Assembly: GCA_965279515.1 (NCBI GenBank)
Contig: CBDIID010000003.1
Location: forward strand, 1,376,001 to 1,440,000
Direction of reading: 5' to 3'
DNA: 64,000 nt
DNA from: Turneriella sp.
GTDB lineage: Bacteria > Spirochaetota > Leptospiria > Turneriellales > Turneriellaceae
Made by a program: the position numbers and the translations under genes
Shown: positions 27,317-36,310 of the stretch, in pieces
Layout: each line of letters opens with the position of its first letter
Numbering within the stretch: position 1 is the first letter of the stretch
The notes under the pieces: model-generated
Database searches by the model: none
What the model was told of the DNA's origin: nothing
Seen by the model: only the letters and a program-made list of their open reading frames with translations

Positions 27317-28008
27317 TATTTTTTCGGATAACTGAACATAACGCGCACCTTGAGACTTTTGCCGTCAGCGCCATTGATGTTCGAGATACCCTCGTATTTT
27401 TTTAGCCGCTTATCTGCACGATTGTACCAGAGTTTGATCGGCTTCACAAACTGGCGCACGACGATGTTGTCGATCTCGAGGTTCAGACGGCAGATTTCAC
27501 CCGTTTCCTGCCGCGCTACGCGGAAGCGGAAATAGTCGAGTTCCACCGGCACGGCAAAATAAAACGACTTGTTCTTACCTGCACAAATTTCGTCAAAATT
27601 TTCGCGCACGAAATAATCGAAACCGCCGTCGAAGACTGCCGGAGCGGGCGTCTGCACGGTTTTTTCCCGGAGCGGCTCCGTGGCCTTGCGGCGCGCAAAA
27701 TAGACGGTTGCGGCGCCTGCGCGGCGTATGCCCTCGACATAGCCGTCGCGCGCATCCCTGAGCTCATAGCTGGGCTGCAGGCGGTTCGGCTGAAACGTGA
27801 TGAGCTTCGAGGCAAACTCCTTACCTTCTTTATCACGGTAAGAAACGCGGGAATACGCATGCGAGCCCGCCTGGTAAAATTCGCTGTGGTTTTCGGAGTA
27901 GACAAAGGCGCCGCTCGAAAGATCGTAGGCGTCGCCGCGGTAGCGTATGACATCCTCTGCTGCCTCCAGAGCGCCGGATTCGAGAACAGCGCCTAGCATC
28001 AGGGTCAT
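27316..28008 (-). CDS. Hypothetical exported protein (5' end appears frameshifted, see findings)
   Basis: VFDGGFDYFVRENFD and YEGISNI blocks; hydrophobic N-terminus from ATG 28008; operon-embedded. Confidence 0.7.
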   Translation of the reverse strand: MTLMLGAVLESGALEAAEDVIRYRGDAYDLSSGAFVYSENHSEFYQAGSHAYSRVSYRDKEGKEFASKLITFQPNRLQPSYELRDARDGYVEGIRRAGAATVYFARRKATEPLREKTVQTPAPAVFDGGFDYFVRENFDEICAGKNKSFYFAVPVELDYFRFRVARQETGEICRLNLEIDNIVVRQFVKPIKLWYNRADKRLKKYEGISNINGADGKSLKVRVMFSYPKK

Positions 28009-28021
28009 GACCAGGCCTTTT

Positions 28022-29278
28022 TCATAATTTGTCCAGATAGGGTTCGCGTGCACCATGAAAATCTCCATATTTCTGTGTATTGGCGCGCGAGAAAACGATC
28101 TGCACATCGTTGATCGCGCGCTCTGAAAAGCCGGCTTCGCAGAAGGTGAGGTAATACAGCCACTTGCGCATAAACGTTTCGTCGTAGTTCATGGCCGCAA
28201 TTTTTTTCCGGTTCTTTTCTACATTCTGCCGCCACTGCCTGAGCGTCGTGGCATAATGTTGCCCGATGGTCTCCAGATCCACCACCATGAGATCTCCCGT
28301 GCGGTGCACCGACTTCAGCACCTCGAGGTTCGACAGCAGGCAGGAACCAGGGAAAATATAGATCTGCGTGAAGTCGGTGTTCTTCAGGTATTGTTCGAAA
28401 CGCGCGTCGGGGTAAGTGATGTATTGCAGAACCATGAGACCGTCGTGCTTGAGCAGCTCGGTGCAGCGGCGGAAAAAAGTATCCCAATAACGAAAGCCGA
28501 TCGCTTCGGCCATTTCGATCGAAACAATCTTATCAAATTTTCCCGTCAGGGTGCGGTAGTCGGCGATCTGGATGTCGATGAGTTTCTCGAGCTTTGCCGC
28601 GCGGATTTTCTGCTGCGCGTATAAGAATTGCTGCTCTGAAATCGTCACGGTGGTAATGCGGCAGCCATAATGTTTCGCCGCATATATCGCAAAACCACCC
28701 CAGCCGCTGCCGATCTCAAGCATATGGTCATCTTTCGTAAGCTGCAGCTTGCGGCATAAAAGATCAAACTTGCGTTCCTGGGCGGCCTCGAGCGACTCGC
28801 GCGGGTTCTTATAGATACCGCAGGAGTATGCCATCGTCGGCCCAAGCATCAGCTCATAGAAGGGATTGCCGATATCGTAGTGTTCGGCAATATTGCGGCG
28901 GCTGATGCGGCGCGTGTTGGGCCGCAGAAAGTGCCTGATGCGGTTCACAAAACCCAGCAGATTCATGAACCAGGCGGTGACGCCCGCGCCGGAAAAACCG
29001 GGCAGCCGCATCGCATTCTGGGCAAACCAGCGCAGCGTGAGATTCAGGTCGGGGGAGTCCCAGGTATTATCGACGAAGGCCTCGCCAAAACCAATTTCGC
29101 CATAGAGCACCGCCTGACGGTAAAAATCAGGATCTGTAATATGGAACTCCGCCCTGTACCCCGGTTTTTCCCCCTGGAGCACATAATTCTCACCCGAGGG
29201 GAATTTCTCGGTCACGGCAAGAGAGCCGAACTCGATCTTTGATAAACCAAATCGAAAAAGCTTCCTGTAAAACATCAA
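28022..29278 (-). CDS. Cfa-family SAM fatty-acyl methyltransferase (UfaM-like)
   Basis: HYDIGN.FY, MAYSC, LEIGSGWG, SIEMAEAIG, YIFPG, HYATTL. Confidence 0.9.
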   Translation of the reverse strand: MMFYRKLFRFGLSKIEFGSLAVTEKFPSGENYVLQGEKPGYRAEFHITDPDFYRQAVLYGEIGFGEAFVDNTWDSPDLNLTLRWFAQNAMRLPGFSGAGVTAWFMNLLGFVNRIRHFLRPNTRRISRRNIAEHYDIGNPFYELMLGPTMAYSCGIYKNPRESLEAAQERKFDLLCRKLQLTKDDHMLEIGSGWGGFAIYAAKHYGCRITTVTISEQQFLYAQQKIRAAKLEKLIDIQIADYRTLTGKFDKIVSIEMAEAIGFRYWDTFFRRCTELLKHDGLMVLQYITYPDARFEQYLKNTDFTQIYIFPGSCLLSNLEVLKSVHRTGDLMVVDLETIGQHYATTLRQWRQNVEKNRKKIAAMNYDETFMRKWLYYLTFCEAGFSERAINDVQIVFSRANTQKYGDFHGAREPYLDKL

Positions 29279-30018
29279 CTCTGACTCCTGAGATTGTTAT
29301 GCAGCACCGCGGCATCGGCCGCGGCTTTAGGGAAAAAAGGCACACGTCTGACAAATAACTTCAGCGCATACCAATGGATGAGGACAATCACGCGCACCGT
29401 ATGGAACGGGTATTTCAGGAATAGCCGCATGAGATTGCGGAGCCTCAGATCACGGCGATTGCCGCGCATTTCGGCGACGAGCTCAACGCCTTTTTTGCTA
29501 TGGGTATGTATGCCAATCGCGAGTTTATCCGCCGGCGCGAAAATGCGCATGTGAAAATCAGAGAACGGGGAAATAAAAGGCGAGACATAGAAGTCTTTGC
29601 GCTCTATGGCGACCTTTTCAGAAGCTGGCAGCAGAAAGTGTTTTTGCTCGCCGAAGGTGTTGTTGACTTCGACGGCTGTTGCCGTATGTATCCCCTTGTT
29701 ACAGTAGAAAAAGAAACTGACCGGATTAAACACATAACCGCAAATACGCGGGTGCGCGAGCAGAAAGACCTGGTCTGCGACCAGCGTTGAATGCTCGCGT
29801 AAATATGCGAGCGCCTGATCGATGGCCGGCGCGCTGTCTTTGGCAATCAGCGAAAAATCTCTGCGTTCAAAACGGTGGCCAAAACCGAGACGATTATTCC
29901 CCCGATCGAAGCGCGCGACGTCGATCAGCAGGTTGTAGCCGTGGATGTTAAACTTCTGCCGCACGGGATTACCCCTTGCGTGGAAAATCTCCAGCTCATA
30001 AATACCTTCGCGCATCAT
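29275..30018 (-). CDS. DUF1365 family protein (UfaO-like)
   Basis: GYVFNPVSFFF, EVNNTFGE.H, KDFYVSPF, IHWYALKL. Confidence 0.9.
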   Translation of the reverse strand: MMREGIYELEIFHARGNPVRQKFNIHGYNLLIDVARFDRGNNRLGFGHRFERRDFSLIAKDSAPAIDQALAYLREHSTLVADQVFLLAHPRICGYVFNPVSFFFYCNKGIHTATAVEVNNTFGEQKHFLLPASEKVAIERKDFYVSPFISPFSDFHMRIFAPADKLAIGIHTHSKKGVELVAEMRGNRRDLRLRNLMRLFLKYPFHTVRVIVLIHWYALKLFVRRVPFFPKAAADAAVLHNNLRSQS

Positions 30019-31256
30019 GAGAGCCTGCGCTCCAGTGCTTCCGCGGCATTGACTGCCGAAAGATAGCCATCTTCGTGGAAACCATAGCGAAAATAACTGC
30101 CGCTGAAGAATATCTTACCCGACTCGTTGAGCCGCGGCAGGTGCAGCTGTGCGGTTTCGGTATGCTCGTCGAACAGCGGATGCTCATAATCGAACCGCGC
30201 ATAGGTTTTGTCAGGGGCGATCGGCGCAAAATCGTTGAGCGAGACAAAATAATTGAGCTTGCCCGGTATGCGCTGCAGCATGTTCATATAATAGACGAGC
30301 GTCGATTTATTTTTACCGGATTTGAAATTCCATGCTGACCAGGTTTTTCTCAGCGGCTGCATCACTGATTCGTCGCTGTGCAGCACCGCTATGTTTTTTT
30401 CGTATTTGAAGTGCGACAACAGGCGGCGCTGGTCATCCGTAGGTTCTTTCAAAAGGCGCAGCGCCTGGTCAGCATGCGAGGCGATCAGGCAGGCATCGAA
30501 CTGTAACCTGCCTGCGGCGCTCGAAACGGCAACACCGCCTGCGCTCTCTTCTATCGTCGTTACCGGGGTGCTCAGCAAAAGCTTACCCTTAAATTTTTCA
30601 AGAATCTTTTTTACATAACTGCGGCTGCCCCCCACGACATACTTCCATTGCAGGCCGTTATAGAGGCTCAAAAAGCCATGGTTCACAAAAAAACGCGCAA
30701 ACGTACGTGCGGGAAATGAGAGCATGAGGTCGGGCGGGGTCGACCAAACCGCAGCCGTCATCGGAATGATATAGTTGTCGGCAAAAAAACGGCTGAAACC
30801 CTTGCGTCGCAGGTACTCGCCGAACGAACCGTGGATTTCACCGCGGTCTAAATCCTTCTCAAGATCGGTGTTGAAGCGGTTGGCTTCGAGCAAAAAACGG
30901 TAGTAGCGCGGTGAGAAGAGATTTTTTTTCTGCGCAAACAGCCCGCTAAGGCCGCGCGAGCACCATTGCAGGTTGGTCTGCGTATTGAACTGCGCAAACG
31001 ACATGTCGCTGTTTGCATATTCGACACCGAGTTCGCGGAAAAGACTGATCAGATTCGGGTAGGTCTTTTCGTTGAAGACGATAAAGCCGGTATCGACACT
31101 CTGCACACCGCCACTGGCCAGGGGGATATCCACCGTATTGGTATGGCCGCCCGGGTACGAGCCTGCCTCGAACACAGTGATGTCGAATTTATCGCGCAGC
31201 AAATACGCGGCGCCCAGCCCCGCGATACCGCTGCCTACAATTGCCAGTTTCTTCAA
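30015..31256 (-). CDS. FAD-dependent oxidoreductase (COG2907, UfaD-like)
   Basis: GSGIAG, GGHTNT, VDTGFIVFN..TYP, SDMSF, YEHP, GFHEDG. Confidence 0.9.
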   Translation of the reverse strand: MKKLAIVGSGIAGLGAAYLLRDKFDITVFEAGSYPGGHTNTVDIPLASGGVQSVDTGFIVFNEKTYPNLISLFRELGVEYANSDMSFAQFNTQTNLQWCSRGLSGLFAQKKNLFSPRYYRFLLEANRFNTDLEKDLDRGEIHGSFGEYLRRKGFSRFFADNYIIPMTAAVWSTPPDLMLSFPARTFARFFVNHGFLSLYNGLQWKYVVGGSRSYVKKILEKFKGKLLLSTPVTTIEESAGGVAVSSAAGRLQFDACLIASHADQALRLLKEPTDDQRRLLSHFKYEKNIAVLHSDESVMQPLRKTWSAWNFKSGKNKSTLVYYMNMLQRIPGKLNYFVSLNDFAPIAPDKTYARFDYEHPLFDEHTETAQLHLPRLNESGKIFFSGSYFRYGFHEDGYLSAVNAAEALERRLS

Positions 31257-32044
31257 GCTATACCCCCTTCGCTACGCGCACCGCTGCCGCCGATTTTCAC
31301 CTTAATATGCGGAAACCTCTTATGCACCTGTTGCACAAATTTTTCGATTTCAGTACGCGTCTTCGGAGTCGTCGCCGAAACATGTACCTCTTCGTAATCA
31401 CCCTGGCTCAGCTCTTCAAAGAGCCGCTCGATCTTCAGCGCACCGCTGAAACGACCACCCTGCCCCTCAGCCGTCATCAGCACATAGTGCATCATCGAAC
31501 CCAGCTCATGTTCGTCGCCCGGGAAAGCGACGAAGAGACGTCCGATACTTGACTTACGGTTAAAACGCAGTGCCAGTTGCGACAGATAACCCATCATCCA
31601 GCGTGAGAACGCATGCTCGGTGGCGACGGTGATGAAACCGGCCTCCCAGGCCTTGCCGACAAGAACTGTCTGCGGCCAGATTTTTTTACGGATGAGGTAA
31701 TCTACATTGTGCAGCCTCAGCGTCGCGTCAAGCTCATGCGAGAGATGCACAAAATTGTTCTCGATGACCTGCTCGAGAAATTGCAGCTCATCGGGCGTGT
31801 AATCGGAATCCGGTGCGCGGGCGAGCAGCCCAACGCGTCCCTGTTTCATGATGGCAGACAACTTATTGCCGGCATTCAGCATACGTGCAATACTCAGCAA
31901 CACGCGGTAGTCTTCAGAGGTATAATAGAGGTAGCCGTTGTCGCCGCGCTCGGGGTCGAGAATGCCGTAGCGTTCACGCCACTTGCGTATGTTTGCGGCA
32001 GGCACCTGCGTCAGCTCGCTCAGTCTTTTTGCCGTGATTCTCAT
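31253..32044 (-). CDS. MerR-family B12-binding regulator (CarH/LitR-like)
   Basis: IRKWRERYG..P.R...GY.YY wHTH; W-x9-EH (WEAGFITVATEH); DEHELG; VSAT. Confidence 0.85.
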   Translation of the reverse strand: MRITAKRLSELTQVPAANIRKWRERYGILDPERGDNGYLYYTSEDYRVLLSIARMLNAGNKLSAIMKQGRVGLLARAPDSDYTPDELQFLEQVIENNFVHLSHELDATLRLHNVDYLIRKKIWPQTVLVGKAWEAGFITVATEHAFSRWMMGYLSQLALRFNRKSSIGRLFVAFPGDEHELGSMMHYVLMTAEGQGGRFSGALKIERLFEELSQGDYEEVHVSATTPKTRTEIEKFVQQVHKRFPHIKVKIGGSGARSEGGIA

Positions 32045-33066
32045 GCTTTTTCAAAAAGGTAGTGGCTGACATTCCACTCTTCGCCGTTGCGGTAACGGAA
32101 AAGCTCGGAGACCGCCAAAAAAAACACGCGCCAGTAGTTGATCCAGCGTCTGACTTCGGCGGGGCCATAGACTTCGGCAAAAATCTTTTCGATTTCCCCG
32201 CGGTGTTTATCCATATTCTGCAGCCAATGTTCTGAGGTCAGATGGTAGTGTGTGCCTTTGAAGATGCGCTGCTCTTTCAGCGAAAAACCTTTTGCAAAAT
32301 AAGCGAAGAGATGGTTCGACGGCATAATGCCTCCGGAGAAAAAATATCGGCCCATCCAGTCGTCGGGGCCGTTGTCTTCGAAGAGGTAGGGAAAATTCCG
32401 GTGGGTGAAAATGTGTATGAAAAGTTTGCCATCCGCCTTGAGCCATGAGCGCACGCGCGCAAACAGCGCATCGTAATTGCGCATGTGCTCGAACATCTCG
32501 ACAGAAACCACACGATCGAATTTTTCTTTGGGTTGAAACTTGTTCACATCGGCGGTGACGATTTTAAGATTTTTCAGGCCGCGCGCCTTCGCCACGCTGT
32601 CAATGTAGACCTTTTGACTCGCCGAGTTAGAGACGCCGGTGATCTGCGCCCTGGGAAATTTTGCTGCCATATACAGGCTCAGCGAACCCCAGCCGCAGCC
32701 GAGCTCGAGAATACGCTGCCCGTTTTCGAGCCGCGCCATCGCCGCGGTCTCGGCGAGCATGAAATCTTCGGCCTCATCTAAACTCTCGCGGCCGGTCGGG
32801 TAATAGCAGCTGCTGTATTTGCGGTTTTTGCCGAGTACAAGCGCGAAGAACGCGGCGGGGATCTCATAGTGCTGCTCGTTGGCTTTTTCGGTGAGGACGG
32901 CAATCTCGGAGCGGCGCAAATTTTCGACGAGCGCCATGGTCTTCGCCTGCGCCAGTTCAATGTTACCGGCACTGATTTCGCTGAGGCGCCTGCGGTTAAG
33001 CGCGCGGATACCCCGGCGGATGACAAAGTCGGGCAAAAAGCCCCGGGCCAGAAGTGTGTCGATCAT
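32041..33066 (-). CDS. SAM-dependent methyltransferase, Cfa/coclaurine N-methyltransferase-like
   Basis: ANEQHYE, KYSSC, LELGCGWGS, VSVEMFEHMRNY, WMGRYFFSGG; ATG 33066. Confidence 0.88.
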   Translation of the reverse strand: MIDTLLARGFLPDFVIRRGIRALNRRRLSEISAGNIELAQAKTMALVENLRRSEIAVLTEKANEQHYEIPAAFFALVLGKNRKYSSCYYPTGRESLDEAEDFMLAETAAMARLENGQRILELGCGWGSLSLYMAAKFPRAQITGVSNSASQKVYIDSVAKARGLKNLKIVTADVNKFQPKEKFDRVVSVEMFEHMRNYDALFARVRSWLKADGKLFIHIFTHRNFPYLFEDNGPDDWMGRYFFSGGIMPSNHLFAYFAKGFSLKEQRIFKGTHYHLTSEHWLQNMDKHRGEIEKIFAEVYGPAEVRRWINYWRVFFLAVSELFRYRNGEEWNVSHYLFEKA

Positions 33067-33132
33067 GTCCAATGATATTAGTCAACTTTGGACAAAACGG
33101 CGATGAAAAAATCCCCCCAACCTTGGACAAAA
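33066..33132. promoter_or_regulatory. Repeated TTGGACA operator-like motifs
   Basis: TGTCCAA-N15-TTGGACA (33066-33094); direct repeat CAAC(T/C)TTGGACAAAA at 33083-97 and 33118-32 (14/15). Confidence 0.6.
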
Positions 33133-33276
33133 TAAGGGGAACGAGCTCCGGATGCCAGATACCCCGCTAAAAACCCATTTTCGACCCGAATTGCTTGAAA
33201 TAGAATAAGCCCGAATCTAATTTGTGTATACTGGTTTTATCAGGAGGTCGCGACGGATAGTTTAAAGGAGTTCAAA

Positions 33277-33924
33277 ATGAAGACAGGCACCCCATTACAG
33301 CAAACCATGCGTTTGATTCTGGCATGTGCATTAGCCGTACCGATCCTTGCAGGGAGGACTCTCATGGCGATTGAAGAACCGAAATTTGAGGTTATCGATA
33401 AGTTTTCCGGTATAGAAGTGCGCAGAGTGAGCGATTTCTGGGTCGTGGAAATCGAAATCGAAGGCAACGAGCAAGAAGCCGGCGACCAGGCATTCAGGCC
33501 ACTCTTCAAATACATTTCAGGTGCCAATGTGCAGGCTGAAAAGATAGCAATGACCGCCCCTGTAAATCAGCAACCCCAGGGTGAAAAAATTTCCATGACG
33601 GCACCGGTGAATCAGGCCAAGACCGCAGAGGGTAAGCATTCAGTATCCTTTGTGCTGCCTGCGGAATATAACAGCAAAAAGCCGCCGCAACCTGCGGATA
33701 ACCGCTTAAGGCTGCGCAAGGTTCCGGCACGCACCGTTGCAGTCATTCGTTATAGCGGCACCTGGAGCACGCAGCGTATGGCCGAAAAGCGCGATGCGTT
33801 ATTGTCGGCCGTCTCTGCACATCCCCGGTGGAAAATTCAGGGCACCCCAGTCTGGAGCCGCTTTGATCCGCCATTCATGCCCTGGTTTCTGCGGCGCAAC
33901 GAAGTGCAGGTAGAGGTCAGGTAA
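33277..33924 (+). CDS. SOUL heme-binding family protein
   Basis: AFRPLFKYISGAN, IAMTAPV duplicated, FDPP..PWFLRRNEV; AAGGAG RBS. Confidence 0.9.
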   Translation: MKTGTPLQQTMRLILACALAVPILAGRTLMAIEEPKFEVIDKFSGIEVRRVSDFWVVEIEIEGNEQEAGDQAFRPLFKYISGANVQAEKIAMTAPVNQQPQGEKISMTAPVNQAKTAEGKHSVSFVLPAEYNSKKPPQPADNRLRLRKVPARTVAVIRYSGTWSTQRMAEKRDALLSAVSAHPRWKIQGTPVWSRFDPPFMPWFLRRNEVQVEVR

Positions 33925-33939
33925 CGACGCCTGCGGCTC

Positions 33940-34356
33940 CTATCCGGTAGGCATCCGCTCGAACGATTGCAAGCCGGAATCCATGGCATCCCATGCGAGC
34001 CCGCGGATGCTGTAAGTGAGTACCTGTGGCACAAAGCGGCTGGGCTCGTCGAGGCTCGCCGCATGCACCGCGATCAGATCGGGCATGGCGGCAAAGCGCA
34101 GGTAGACCGGTGACCCGCATAGCGGGCAAAAGGAATGAGTCTTCATGTTGCCGCTGTCTCCCAAGACCTGCCAGTCCGTTGCCGCGCCGGTGATTTCCAT
34201 ATCGGCGCGCGCCGGGAAAGTCAGGTAAGAGCCATGCCCGGTGCCGCTGAGCTTCTGGCAGGTCAGGCACTGGCAGTGGTTCTGGAAAATCGGCGCGTGT
34301 TTGGTTGTATAGCGAACGCGACCGCAGGCACAGCCGCCGGTGTAGGGTTTGCTCAT
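33940..34356 (-). CDS. GFA/CENP-V family Zn protein
   Basis: GGCACG, CQCLTCQK, FCPLCGS. Confidence 0.9.
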   Translation of the reverse strand: MSKPYTGGCACGRVRYTTKHAPIFQNHCQCLTCQKLSGTGHGSYLTFPARADMEITGAATDWQVLGDSGNMKTHSFCPLCGSPVYLRFAAMPDLIAVHAASLDEPSRFVPQVLTYSIRGLAWDAMDSGLQSFERMPTG

Positions 34357-34838
34357 GGTGCGACCTTCGGCTTCGCAAAGACATCCATCCCCTCACCTGT
34401 TTCCAAAAGCGACTTGAGGCTGGAGAGAACAATGGGCCAACCTTGCCGTATACCCTTGTCCATACCGCTGCCGGCCTCGAGCTCGTCGTGCGTCACGATC
34501 AACTTCACCATGTCTTCATAGGACTCGAGGACAAAAGTCACGCGGCTGTGTGCCGCCGTATCTTCGGCTTGCTCAGGGTTCGCCCACGTGATGACGAGGC
34601 GCGTCGGCGGTATGACCTCGACAACCTTGCCGACGATATTCACCTTAGCATCGCTGGCGCGCACATGCTGCCATTCCGATCCGGGTTTCCAGTCGGATTG
34701 ATTCTCGTGCCCCCAGTAGCGCCGCGCCACCTCGGGCTTCGTGATGGCTTCGAAAACTTTTTCCGGTGTCGAGCGGATGTACGTCACGTAGACGAAGCTG
34801 GTTTTTTCTTTGTTCATTTTATTCTCTTTCTCCTTCAA
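34353..34838 (-). CDS. SRPBCC (AHA1-like) family protein
   Basis: YVTYIRSTPEKVFEAIT, GWPIVLSSLKSLLETG; start may be 34817. Confidence 0.9.
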   Translation of the reverse strand: MKEKENKMNKEKTSFVYVTYIRSTPEKVFEAITKPEVARRYWGHENQSDWKPGSEWQHVRASDAKVNIVGKVVEVIPPTRLVITWANPEQAEDTAAHSRVTFVLESYEDMVKLIVTHDELEAGSGMDKGIRQGWPIVLSSLKSLLETGEGMDVFAKPKVAP

Positions 34839-35139
34839 GTTCCTTCTTCAGATCGTGCAGCAGGCTGAGCCGCTGCCGTTCAAATTTGCGCACCCAACGC
34901 TCATAGACTTCGTGCAGCGGCACCGGGTTGATAAAATGCAGCTTCTCGCGGCCGCGCCAGACTGTCGTCACGAGATTGGCTGCCTCGAGTATCCCGATGT
35001 GCTGCGTGGCCGATTGCCGCGCCATGTCGATCTGCTCGCAGAGCTGGCCGAGGGTCTGCCCGTTTTTTTGACAGAGCAGATCGAGCAGCCGCCTGCGCGT
35101 CGGATCTCCCAGTGCTTTAAAAACATTGTCAGCATCCAT
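34819..35139 (-). CDS. ArsR/SmtB-family regulator
   Basis: VFKALGDPTRRRLL, QHIGILEAANLV...GREK. Confidence 0.92.
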   Translation of the reverse strand: MDADNVFKALGDPTRRRLLDLLCQKNGQTLGQLCEQIDMARQSATQHIGILEAANLVTTVWRGREKLHFINPVPLHEVYERWVRKFERQRLSLLHDLKKELEGERE

Positions 35140-35165
35140 GGGTTGCGTTTATGCGCCAGACCAAT

Positions 35166-35185
35166 ATGCAGGCATTTACCTGCAT
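35166..35185. promoter_or_regulatory. Probable ArsR autoregulatory operator
   Basis: ATGCAGG-CATTTA-CCTGCAT perfect 7-bp arms just upstream of the ArsR gene. Confidence 0.65.
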
Positions 35186-35348
35186 GTAAAACACAATAGC
35201 ATTTTGGGAATCTGAAAGACGCTACCGATAAGTCTTATCCAGCCAAAGCCGCCACCATTGCGTCCGCGAATGCTTGCTCATCGAACAAAATGCAGGAAGA
35301 CTGATTTTTAGTTGCCAACCCCTCGGAGTTTTCAGGGGGGAATGCGGC

Positions 35349-36257
35349 ATGAAAACACGACTACGCTTTTTGCAGGCTGATACGAAAGAAGTTTCAAACT
35401 GCGGGGAGCCACTCGTGATTCGCGAATCAGCAGCCAATCTGGAATGGCGCGGTATTTTGCTCGAAATTGGCTCGAGTCCCGAATTTCACCCGACCCATGT
35501 CTGCACCCCGTATTTTTACTTTGCACTCGATGTTAGTCCCGGTTTGGACTGGCAGGTGGAGCAGAATGGCATGCTCACCAAGCTGCACAGTTCCGAAGGC
35601 CAGATCTGGGTGAACCCGCCCTGGACACCCTTTACGCACGCCATTACTGAAGAATGCCATTTTCATATACTCGCCATTGAAGAAGAACGCTTTTTCGACG
35701 CGGCACGAATTACCGATACTGCCCGGCGCCGCAAATTGCAATTCCTGAGCCAGTATAATCTCGACGATGCTGTGTTGCGGCATTTTATAGCCCTCTTCGT
35801 CGAAGAGATGAAATCGGCTGGCCGCAACGGACCAGACTATGTTTCGACCCTTGTCGAAGGATTCGCAAAATATTATGTAGGGAATTACTCCGACATCACC
35901 GACACGGAGAGCGAGGCCGCCTCCACCCTGTGCGCGGAAGATCTTGCGGTCATTCGCGGGCATATGCTGCAAAATATCGGCGAAAGAATCACAATCGACG
36001 ACCTCGCCGCAGAGCTCGGCATGAGTAAATTCCGTTTTCTGCGCGAATATAAAAAACTCACAGGCGAAACACCCTACCAATTTCTGCAGAAACTCCGGTT
36101 GGCAGAAGCCGAACGTCTGTTGATGGATGCGAGAAAAGATCTAACGGCAATTGCACACGCACTGGGCTTCTACGACCATAGCCATTTTGCGAATTTTTTC
36201 CGCAAATTCAAGGGCATGTCGCCAAACGCTTTCAGAAAACGCAATTTTATACAATAA
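35349..36257 (+). CDS. AraC-family transcriptional regulator
   Basis: LAAELGMSKFRF...GETPYQF...LGFYDHSHF..FFRK..GMSP. Confidence 0.9.
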   Translation: MKTRLRFLQADTKEVSNCGEPLVIRESAANLEWRGILLEIGSSPEFHPTHVCTPYFYFALDVSPGLDWQVEQNGMLTKLHSSEGQIWVNPPWTPFTHAITEECHFHILAIEEERFFDAARITDTARRRKLQFLSQYNLDDAVLRHFIALFVEEMKSAGRNGPDYVSTLVEGFAKYYVGNYSDITDTESEAASTLCAEDLAVIRGHMLQNIGERITIDDLAAELGMSKFRFLREYKKLTGETPYQFLQKLRLAEAERLLMDARKDLTAIAHALGFYDHSHFANFFRKFKGMSPNAFRKRNFIQ

Positions 36258-36310
36258 CGGGCAACTATTTCCAAGCCGCGCCAGCCTACCAGGTGTTAGA
36301 TTCAAGCGCC

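Noticed and set aside
33140..33276. Cobalamin riboswitch near the B12-binding regulator; Moco riboswitch near the moa genes
   Set aside because: No B12-box or recognisable conserved riboswitch core seen; a covariance-model search would be needed
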